A stretch of DNA of 64,000 nt from Eutreptiella sp. 'Long Island Sound 2002' (lineage: Eukaryota; Protista; Euglenida), in NCBI GenBank assembly GCA_964036045.1, contig OZ038378.1, positions 49,662,001 through 49,726,000 of the forward strand. Reading direction: 5' to 3'. Below are positions 48,903-59,389 of this stretch, one piece after another. Made by a program: the position numbers and the translations under genes. Every line of letters begins with the position of its first letter. Positions within the stretch are counted from its first letter, which is position 1. Below the pieces are notes generated by a model. It saw nothing but the letters and a program-made list of their open reading frames with translations. It was not told the origin of the DNA and ran no database searches.

Positions 48903-50339
48903 GTCCAAAGGCCCATCCTGGGTTGGTGCATGGTATGTTGGGTGTGTTGGGTTCAGCTGGGGTTGTAAACAAATTGGCAGGGAGGTAGCTTTGCAGGGTG
49001 TGTGTGTTTCTTGTGTAGGATTTGGTGCAGGATGTGGTTTTCGCCAGCTCTGAAGGCACCGTCTCTGCTTTCAGGGTACTCTGAAGGTTAGGTGTCCCAC
49101 TACATGTGCAGTGCCCAAGAAGCCCTTTCCAGGCTGGCTACCCTTGCTGCCTGGGTGTCAAGCTGGCTGCCAGGCTTCGCTCCACTGGGTTCCTTTGCCA
49201 TGAGCAGCATGAAATACAACCCTGGCATGTCTGTGGTTGCTGTGTATCCCACCCTTCTTTGAGGCCACACTGAGGTCTGCTCGTCTGTGAGCGAGCTTGC
49301 AGTCATTGGCAGTGCTTGGCAAACACTGCTGCTGAACCTCCAGGGTCTTCTGAATGTATTGTGCACTTTTTCTACCAGAGGCCTTTTTTGTGCTGACATT
49401 GGGTGTGTGGCTGCCTTAATGAGGGACGGGTCATGGATATCTTGTGGTGTGGCTATCAGTTCTGGTATTGTGACCGACCATCCAAAAGGGACGTTGAGGT
49501 TGGTGGTATGTCATGTTCAGACATGCCACTAGTGTCCGGCAGGGGAACTGAGTTCGTTAGGAATCAGCCCTGTTCCATGTGCCACTCGGTGCTATCCGCT
49601 GCTGTCGCAACCACAACTCAGTAGGAACAAGTTGCATGCCCTGTCTGACGCAGTAAGACCCACCTCCCTTCTGATCACGTCTGACCCGGCAGATGCTAGT
49701 GCCAAGTCTGGTCATGTTTGCTATGGTGCAAGCGTCTAGCTTAGGTTACTGTGAAGGCGAAGTCTGAGCTCTGGCTGCTCCAGGGAAGACAGATAGATCC
49801 GGTAATTTTTCACCATGTATGCCGAAGAGAGGAGGCACTGACAGCGCCTCAAGTAGCTGTTGTAACCCTGTGGTTCAGCTCTGTGCCATGTAGTCCTTTT
49901 GTAACACCTTTACTGTTTGATGTTTTTGGTGGCATTCTATTTTGCACACACACTGGTGCTCCTGGCCTAGTGTAGGCTGATGGCTGCAGCCACAGCTGGC
50001 TTTTGATGTCAGCACGTGTACATCACCCCTAGTGGGAACAAAAGGACAGGAGTTGGCAGTGCAGGGCAGGCTGAATCAGGAGAATTTGCCACTCTTGCGA
50101 CAATACTGTGTGTTATGTCTCCAGTCACAACCTTGGCCACTTTCTTGAGCTGTTGATGGGTGAAAAAGGGAAGATGACCAACGTCTCCATCCACACACAC
50201 CGGTGGGGGGAAAATTTGGCAGAGGCGAAATTTGGTATGGCGAAATGTGGCACAACAAAATTGTACCACATTTTGCTGCGGTGGTATGTAAGGACCGAAG
50301 CGATTTGCTTAGGTGTTGTGGTGGCTGGGCATCGCAAGC

Positions 50340-50680
50340 AAGCAAGCATCATACTGGAAATAAAAATTTCCTGGTGCAACGCCAGGGGATGCACGGAGCA
50401 GATTTCGGTCGCTGGAACCTATGGCTAGCATCGGGCTGGAAGTAAATATTTCCTGATACAACAGCAGGGGATACAGTCATGTCATGTCATGCTGTGCTGG
50501 AGCCATCGTCCGCTGGTCCGTCCAAGGATGTCCATCGGCAGAACGTCCAGCCGGTACACACCCAGCAGGGGATACCGGGTGCAGATTTTAGGTCCCTGGG
50601 ACCTGTGGCAAGCATCGGAATAGAAATTAAAATTTCCTGGTGTAATGCCAAGGGATACACGGTGCAGAACCATTGGAACA
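50340..50680 (+). repeat. Degenerate ~85-90-bp direct repeats
   Basis: AAA.TTTCCTG.T.CAA..C..GGGAT.CA at ~50360, ~50443 and ~50627; GCAGATTT..GTC.CTGG.ACCT.TGGC.AGCATCGG twice. Confidence 0.6.
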
Positions 50681-50728
50681 ACCATTAGAATGGAAAAAAA
50701 ATTGTTGGGGGCATCATGTTTAAGTTTA

Positions 50729-50827
50729 AACGTGTATGTTGTAATTCGTGAAATCTTTTTTTGCGGTAAATGCGTGTAACAAAAAAATCGTCTAGTCGTG
50801 TAATTTTTCCTTGCAGTAAGCCGGCCA
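50729..50827. mobile_element. Left-type arm of the TTACACG/ACCGCAAAA family
   Basis: GTGTATGTTGTAATTCG...TTTTGCGGTAAATGCGTGTAAC...GTCGTGTAATTT...GTAAGCCGGCCAC is colinear with 43396-43503. Confidence 0.75.
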
Positions 50828-52106
50828 CCCCCACCCCACTGGAAGGCAAAGAGGCCTCCGCCGAGCAGAGCTTGGAAAGCCCGGAGGCCAGGCCGCAACC
50901 TTCCTTGGCCACTCCCACAGGGGAGGAGGACACCCGTCCCAAGGTTTTCATCTGTGGAGAGTGGCGCATGGTGCCAGATGGCTACCCAGCAGATGCATCT
51001 GGCCAGCTGCAGCGTGAACAGCTTATCATGGATGATCTGTTCAAGCAGTTAGTGGCACATTTGCGCGCCGCTTATCCAGGTACAAAGGTTAAGTCCGGAT
51101 ACACAAAATAGGCATCCAGGAAAAGGCTGGAAACGATGCCCACATTGATGATCTATCCGTTTCTCGCAAAGGGAGTGAGTATGCACCCCCGCACAGCCAT
51201 ACCGCCAAGTGCTACAATCAATGCATTGGGTACAGCATCGGCACTCAGCCAATCAACGTTTTTCGTTTCATTCTAACTCTGCCTGGGCAGGGGTATAAGC
51301 CGCCACAAAATGAATGAATGGATGAACTATGCTTTTGCAAGCCCATAAACGGTTGCTGCAGGCAAGCTGGATGGCTGGAGGATGGCTGATTTATTCAAAA
51401 TACAGGGCCGTGGTGACGCCTGACCCCCTCCTGCTGATCTGCCACCCTCTTAGGACCCCCTTTGATGTCCTAATTGCCTAGGCCAACATGACAGCATTAC
51501 GCGTGGTGTGCTGAACATCTTGCCGAGTGATCATTGTGATTCTAAGTGTGGTTCTGAGGCCAAAGAATCTGTGGGTCGCGAGTTTTTTTAGGATACGGAC
51601 TTGCATGGCTGGCCCGTGTGACGAGGGAGTTTCCTCATGCTCCCCACGCCCTAGTTGCTTCCGTCACATCGAGCAATGTGCCACCACCGTGGAGTAGCCT
51701 GTACGAGGGTTGGGAACCATACTATGCTGCTAAACCAATGGGAGAATCCTGCTGGACGGGAGATGTGCGGACTACCGGTGCCATAGACCACAATGGGGAA
51801 ACCCCGACATCCGGATGGACCGTAGGGAGGTGGTTTCTGTTGCCATGCTGAGCAAGGTGATGTAGGCTGTGCGCTACGTTCCACACCCAGGTGCTCCCGA
51901 AGACTCCGAGTTGTTCAAGCAATAGTTGCATATACCAAAATCTGTCTGAGGATGACCTCGGGGACGGGGTAAAGGAGGTTGTGGTTGCCAGTGTGGTAGG
52001 CGCACAGTCCAAAGAACAAAAAGGCGCCCATCCTGAGGCATGTGAGCCCTTCCCCGTTCCTTCCACCCGAGTAATCAGGCATTTAGGTCAGCATAGATGA
52101 CCAAGA

Positions 52107-52455
52107 TCAGACGTCGTAGAATCAGTAGTCACAATCAGCGCTAATGTTGCAACCTAACATTGTAGTGCCTTGATCTATTTGTCCTTGTGCACAATGACAT
52201 ATTGTGTATGCCATACACACTCTATATTATTACAGACATGATATTATGCACAGAGCCCTCTTCTAGTCTATAACCAAACTGACAATGGTCAATTCTCAAG
52301 TAGACTTTACTACAATTGTGATTACACTGAGTCACACATTGTTCATTGTGCCTCCTATCGTGTCTACGGCCCGTGTCTTTGGTCATGGACTTTTGATGGG
52401 TTTTCCGAAATGGAGTGGAACTACAAAATACCCCACAACAAGAGCTCATCACAAG
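52107..52455 (+). repeat. Copy 1 of a diverged ~350-bp duplicated segment (partner 58160-58505)
   Basis: Shared anchors: CTAATGTTGCAACCTAAC, CATGATATTATGCAC, AACTGACAATGGTCA and GGGTTTTCCGAAATGGAG.GGAACTACAAAATAC. Confidence 0.85.
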
Positions 52456-53339
52456 TCCTTTTCCGCTTTGTGGCTATGCCAATGTTGAGAGCTCTTTGCA
52501 CTGTATGTTTCACTCCTTTTTGACAACCAACACATCGACGCGGAAGGGATCAACATCTCAAGCGCCGCCGCCAGAGGCACTAAGACCCCAAGTGTTGCCG
52601 CTAGCCAAGAAAGTTGTGCCACCGCGCAAATTTGGGTATGACCGTCGCACCGAGTTAAGTGACAGTGGTCATCACCCCAATTTCGGTGTGGTTTTACGCC
52701 GTCAGCTTTACTCTACTGCCGAAGACCGTGTGCAGCTCGGGCTAGGTCCGTGGACCAATCTTACAAGTGCGATGTGTGGTTGACCAACGCAGAGCCCTAA
52801 TTGCCGGGCGCAAGTCATTTTCATGGTGCAAATTGTCAGCCAGCCACTTGTTGGTCTTGGAAAATGCGCTCAAGCGGCTCAACAACTCTTGCTCTTTGGG
52901 AACGAGCTCCCTGACCTTCGTCATCAAAGCTCCCATCCTCGCGCCGCGCTAGGTCTGTGGACCACTGCTACAAGTGTTCGGTCTAGTCAACTTTTCCGCG
53001 CGCAATTCGGCATCATCAACGCGCGCCCTGCTCTTGGAGGACGGGCTCAACATAGGCAATGCGCGCCCTGAACCTGGAGGACCTTGGTGGCCAAAGCCCT
53101 CATCTTTGCGCTGTGCCTTGGATTAACGTGGTTCAATGTGGTTCCTTTTTCCTCTTGTGGACTGCGCTTTTTGCGCATAGCTCGCAATGTGGCACGCGCC
53201 CTTAGTGAGCAGTGTCCCATGTTCTGTGTGCGTGCATGCGTTGGTAAGTATGTTTTGGCGGTAAGCTTGTTCAATCTGGGCCCTCCGGCCCGCCTTGCCA
53301 CGTGCGCGGAGAGGGGGAGGGGCCCCCTCCGCACAAGTC

Positions 53340-53640
53340 ACAGCCCACCTCCAACCCCCTATAATAGGGAACCCCCTAACGTCAAAATTCCGGTTCTATC
53401 ACTCCTACACACTTACCCCTCAAAATGACCGCCTCGACGTGGCGATCATGCCGTGCATCTTGGTTTTTGTCATCTATGGTCGTTTTAAATAGTTAGGAGC
53501 CCTTGAAGTTGGTAGTTTGTAAGCAAGGATCCAAGAATTCCTGTATGTGTAGGGATCGGATTTAAGGGTGCGCGACCAAAGTTGATATGCAAACTGATGT
53601 AATGTATGAATCTCAGGGCTGAAATCGTAAAAAATCGAAT
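53340..53640 (+). repeat. Dispersed repeat (partner ~56590-56940)
   Basis: CCCCTC.AAATGACCGCCT, AGTTAGGA and TAGGGAT..GATTTAA.GGTGC...CAAAGTTGA are present in both copies. Confidence 0.65.
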
Positions 53641-54194
53641 CTTAGGGTTAATTAATTTCTAGCACTGGCGACATCGCTCTTGGCGGCGGCACGAACTCGC
53701 AGCACTTCAATAAATTCTGGTTGGCAAAAATAAAAGGTGAGTGATTGTCATTTGCGGTCAAAAAGAAAAACTTGGTGGTTTTCATTGCGGTCGTGGCTTT
53801 GCTCTTCGTGTTTCGTTTCGTGTTGGCTGTTGGCTGTTTGCTCTTTGCCGTGCCCACTCCAGCCGCTGACATGAAGGTCGCAGACGAGCCGCAACCGTTG
53901 TTGACCACTGCCGACGGCTACTGGTGTGTTGCCCGGAGTTCATTTGGCGCTGGGTGTGTGTCTTTGGTGTGTTGGCGCGGTGTGTGTGTGTCATTCGTAT
54001 GTCAGCGCGCTGTGTGTGTGATCTGTGTGTCAGGGCACTTTGTGTGTGTCAGCGCGCCGCGCAAAGTGTTAGTGTGTTTGCCGCGCGCTGGGTGTGTGAT
54101 GCTGTGTCTGGTTCAGGTTTGAGGTTTCAGGTTGGAGATTGAGTTCCGGTTCAGGGTGAGTTATGAGAGTGTGTGTGTGTGTTTGTGTGTGTGT

Positions 54195-55110
54195 GTGTTA
54201 CGAATGTGCTTGTAGGTGCGTTACGAGTGTGCTTGTGTTGCGGCTGTGCTGGTGGGTGAGTTACGAGTGTGATGGTGTTACGAATCTGCCTGTGGGTGAG
54301 TTACGAGTGTGTGGGTGCCACGATTGTGCTTGTGGGTGAGTTACGAGTGTGATGGTGTTACGAATCTGCCTGTGGGTGAGTTACGAGTGTGTGGGTGCCA
54401 CGATTGTGCCTGTGGGTGAGTTACGAGTGTGTGGGCGTTACGATTGTGCCTGTGGGTGAGTTACGAGTGTGCTTGTGTTACGAATGTGCCTGTAGGTGAG
54501 TTACGCGTGTGCTTGTGTCACGAATGTGCCTGTGGGTGAGTTACGAGTGTGTGGGCGTTACGAGTGTGCCTGTGGGTGAGTTACGCGTGTGCTTGTGTCA
54601 CGAATGTGCTTGTGGGTGAGTTCCGAGTGTGTTTGTGTTACGATGGTGCCTGTGGGTGAGTTACGAGCGTGCTTGTGTTACGAGTGTGCCTGTGGGTGAG
54701 TTACGCGTGTGCTTGTGTTACGAATGTGCCTGTGGGTGAGTTCCGAGTGTGTTTGTGTTACGATGGTGCCTGTGGGTGAGTTACGAGCGCGCTTGTGTTA
54801 CCAATGTGCCTCTGGGTGAGTTACGAGCGTGCTTGTGTTACGAATGTGCCTGTGGGTGAGTTACGAGTGTGCCTGTGTTACGATTGTGCCTGTGGGCGAG
54901 TTACGAGTGTATTGGTGCTACGAATGTGCCTGTGGGTGAGTGACGAGTGTGTTGGTGCTGCGAATGTTCCTGTGGGTGAGTTACGAGTGTGGTTGTGTTA
55001 CGATGGTGCCTGTGGGTGAGTTACGAGCGCGCTTGTGTTAGGAATGTGCTTGTGAGTCAGTCCGAGTGTGTTTGTGCTACGAATGTGACTGTGGGTGAGT
55101 TACGAGTGCA
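54195..55110 (+). repeat. 40-bp minisatellite (GTGCCTGTGGGTGAGTTACGAGTGTGCTTGTGTTACGAAT-like), ~22 units, followed by a ~32-bp repeat at 55147-55260
   Basis: TTACG(A/C)G(T/C)G recurs in register every 40 bp (e.g. 54301, 54421, 54541, 54661); each unit contains two TTACG half-units. Confidence 0.95.
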
Positions 55111-55979
55111 TAGGTGTTTGTCTAGTGCGATCGTTCTGATGTGTCTGTGTCATTTGTGTCTGCCATTTTGCCATCTGTGTGTCATTTGTGTCTGCCATTT
55201 TGCCATCTCTGTGTCATTTGTGTGTCTGCCTTTTGCCATCTGTGTGTCATTTGTGTGTTGTGTGATGTGTTTTGTTTTTGCTCCACTGAAAGCAGAGGTG
55301 TTTTTTTTTCGAAACAAAAGGCTTTTTGTCAATGTTCATGAGAGAAAGCAGTAAAATTTGGTGACAGGGGGAGCATTGTACATTTGCATTTAGAAACAAC
55401 AACGTTGGATGGCAGGGAATTAGTGAAAGGGGCGAAATGATCAAATACTTTGATGGCAAGTGCAATGTCACAGAAACATTGTTTCTACAAACAACGCTGT
55501 AAAACAGATCAAGTGCATGATTTTGGTTCCCTTCGGGCAGTTGGTGAAGAAACTGGTTTTGCACCCCCAAGCTTAGTAGTGGTGTGCACATTGCTGGTTT
55601 TGCTTTGCATAACCTCATGAAGATTTTTAGCCATTTTGACCATCTTTTTATGGCATGTTTAGTTGTAGTTCACATTCCGGCAACTTTTGCCCCAGCTAGG
55701 GGAAAACTAACTAGTCCACCAATCCCCCCCCCCCCCCCGCCTTCGCCGGGAGGGGGAACACAAAAAGAGAGGGGGGGTGGATGCGATGGTGCATGGCACC
55801 ATCGCATCCACTCAAGTATCCACTCACTCATCGCATCCACTCAGGTATCCATTCACTTACCTCAGGAAATTGCGTGATTTGGGGGGGGGGGGGTGGGGGG
55901 GCTGCATGCATGGGGGTGGGTGCGGTAGCTACCACAGGTGGATAAAAGCCATGCTGTTTGTTGTCAAGTTGGGTACCTG

Positions 55980-56460
55980 GTGGTAAGGGTTCGGCTGAAC
56001 GGCAAGGTGCATAAGTTGTGGGGCAACGCTGGTTGGAAGAGAAAGAGCATGCCACATTTGTGTGCCAATTTTCCAATTTGTTGTCTCTCAATGGAATAAT
56101 TATCCAATTGGCCTTTTGGTGCAGGTATGCGGTGAACAACATGCATGCATATGGATTGCCAACATTTTTAAAGGGGCAAACAATGAGGGCCAACATGTTT
56201 GCCGGGCAATATGTGTTGTTTTGAGGCACCAAACAACCGTTGTTTTTCGGGCAAAAGGCAAAGGCACCCCCCCCCCCCCGGTGGCTTACCCAAAGGGGTA
56301 TCGAGTGGGAAGCGCCCCACAAGTATTTTGCTACGCAAAGGTTTCAACATTTATGGCACCTATTTGTTTGCCATACAGCCATCACTTGCCACAAGGTGGC
56401 CATTACATTGCTCTCACCATCTTTGGCCCTAATGTTAGGCTCAACAACATATCCCGAACA
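55980..56460 (+). pseudogene. Possible second degenerate non-LTR RT fragment
   Basis: HAYGLPTFL and TQRGIEWEAP (RGIKQGCP-like) appear in RT order, but similarity is weak. Confidence 0.25.
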
Positions 56461-58159
56461 TTGCTCTGAAAATATTTCCCCCAAATGTACAAGGAAACAA
56501 AGGGCTCTCCGTGGTATGCATCACCTCCAAAAACAACCCCCCCCCATGCAGATTGCCCACCCTCTAGACCACCGCCTTCATCCCCTTGTTCACCTCCCCC
56601 CCCATGGGGGGCTTTTAATTGGGGGGCCGGGGAATGGGGCCCCGCCCCCCTCTAAAAGCAGTCCTTATGCCATTATATACAATCCGCGCGCCGAAACGAA
56701 ACATATCCCAAAAGTGTACGATGCAGCCCCTCTAAATGACCGCCTTTAAGAGCTGATTCGCGCCGTCATATTTGTTTCGATTGATCATGGCTGTTTTGCA
56801 AAGTTAGGACCTTTACAAGGTTTTAACTTCTTTACCAGCATCCACTAATTCCATATAGGCTAGGGATGCGATTTAAAGGTGCACCAGCAAAGTTGAGGTG
56901 CCGAACAACACTATATATAAGCCACAGGCCCCAAATCTCAAGAAATCTATTTGACATATTATTTATTTGTTGTGCACGCGTGCATTTTGCAGTCGCCGGC
57001 ATTTGCGATCTTTCATTTTGACTGTCCAAAGTGAAATCGGGCTACAATGCACTAAATTTCGATCTAAGACGAGATTTATAAATGATTCTAAAAACCTCGT
57101 GTTGATGTTTAATCGAGAAACCGCCGTCGTTTTCTTTTAGCACCGCTTTTCGATTTGACGGTTTTCAGCGCCCTCAGCTGCCTGTTTAAGCTCAAAAATG
57201 GAAAGAACACCCCCGAATTGACCAAAATTGCCCTTGATTTCGTCAAAATCCAATACAATAGGCCCGAGTTATGAATATGTCAATTTTATGCTATTTGCAC
57301 CCTGTATCGCTAATCTTGCCCAATGCACCCTCCCTGTCCTTGCGCTGCTAGCTTAAACATAAGGCAAAGGAGTGTTTTTGCGTTTGTTTGTCACCGCCCG
57401 GTTCCATTTCCGACATAGAAAAGTGACCCAATAATGGCTAAAAACGTAATAAGGCTTTTCTTTTGATGGTGCTTCGCACCAGCAAAGGAAAAGCCACACC
57501 AAGCACGAAAGACGAAGGATTCATTTAACCGTGCTTTTCCACACCCTCCGCAACATATCATGTTTCATTGCTTCATTGAAATTTCCTCAACATGCTCATC
57601 TTTTTTTGTTATAAAAACGTGATCATGCATGTGCATATCGTGCAATCGGAATTCGTCGTCCGACAGATACCCTTCGGAGGCGATCACAGCCCGCACATTC
57701 CCCTTCCCCATCTCGTGGAGCGCCCCTCCGCTTGTTGCACTAATGGCACTATTTGGTGGCGCGACCCAGTGACAAGCACCTCTATCCGTGGTGGCAGTGA
57801 CCAAGAGCTCGCCTGAGGGACCATTGCATCGGAGTTGGCTGGCCAGCCCGTGAGCGTGCTTTGTGCACTGTTGCATCCGACCGCACAGGTTGGTTTCAGG
57901 CGATGAGTTGTATTAAGACTTAAAATTGATGCTGCCAACTTTGTAAGGCCACGTGCGTGGTGTGCATCTATGAGTTACAGGAATGTGCTTGCCCTGCCTG
58001 TGAGTAGCAATCTGCCCCGACTTTCAGGTTTTTTCCAGTTTGCATGTGTGCAGCCCTTGTGAGCCGACAAGTTTGTTTTATCAAACATCCCTCGAAGACG
58101 TTGTGTGCTCTCTTAGGAGGGGCGAGTAGTCGGGCACTCAGGTCAGCACAGACTACCAA

Positions 58160-58505
58160 GCTCACACGTCGCGGAATCAGTCATGAGAATCAGCCCTAAT
58201 GTTGCAACCTAACACCGAAGCGCCTTGATTTGTTTGTTGTTGTGCTTAATGACGGATTGTGTATGCTATACGCACTCTATATTTTTACTGGCATGATATT
58301 ATGCACGGAGCCCTGTTCGGGCTTAGAACCGAACTGACAATGGTCAGTACTGGAATGGAGGCTACTACAGTTGTGTTTATAGTGAGTCACAAATTGTTCA
58401 ACGTGCCTCCTACCGTGTCTACTGCCCGTGTGTTTGCCGATGGACTTTTGCCGGGTTTTCCGAAATGGAGCGGAACTACAAAATACTAGTCAATAAGAGC
58501 TAATC
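58160..58505 (+). repeat. Copy 2 of the diverged ~350-bp duplicated segment
   Basis: Colinear with 52107-52455, same orientation. Confidence 0.85.
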
Positions 58506-59389
58506 ACAAATGGCCACTGACTTCTCGGACCCGCCTCTAGTGAAACATCTTGAAATAGCGCTGAAGATGGACTATGCAACGGTTGTCGTGTGTTCTTTGG
58601 CCAGCTTGATCTTGGCCATCCCTTGTAGACAAGACGGACTTACAAACCATAACGCTACCCTATTTCTGGACTATTGTACCTTTTTGTGCCGGGATGCCAA
58701 GGGATATACACTCTGACAACCAGTCAGTCATCTCCTCAGACTTTCTCTGACACTCTTTGTGGTCTAGCTGACATCTGCCAAGCAACATCTATTGTTTTAT
58801 TCCTGTCTTGCTTGCCCGCGCGCCAGAATGAAATGAGAATATAATTGAAACACCATGAAAAATCTTCCCAATAAATGAAACCGAAACTAAATGGCATAGG
58901 AACTGACTAGGCAAAAAGCTCCTGGCGAAACGCGTTCAAACAGAGTCGTACCTTTTTCTGGGTTAAAAAGGTAAACAATTAGCACCACAAGCACGGTAAC
59001 GCTTGTGCAAACCGAACGCCGTGTGTCCTGTCCTTTTCTGTGCATAATGCGTAGAGAAAAACATAGCAGGAGAAACACATGAAACTCGAAAACCTTTTGG
59101 AATGCGCCGCATCCATGCTTCTTGATACCTTGTTACTTTTCTTTGATCCCCACGCAGCACACTCACCTCTGTTTTCTCCTCTTTCAAGCAGTTTGGGCGA
59201 GTGGCCTTGGGGAAAATGCGGACAAAGCTTTGCAGCAGTTGGTGTTCACCAACACAAAGCGGCAACAAAAACCACTTGGCCAAGGAGGACCACAACATGT
59301 AACGTTGTAAAAATATGTGTTGTTTGTTGCTTGCATGCGTATTTACTGAATTGAGTATCATTTGAAATTTTTTTTCTTTAAATTACTTT

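Noticed and set aside
46070-50827. The two inverted arms as terminal inverted repeats of the enclosed MULE
   Set aside because: The complete copy at 43395-43657 shows the opposite polarity, so these arms face away from the MULE. No 9-bp target-site duplication or matching outer terminus was found. Not fully excluded.
20356-55110. 88-, 21-, 10- and 40-bp arrays as CRISPR-like loci
   Set aside because: No unique spacers, no cas genes, and a eukaryotic context.
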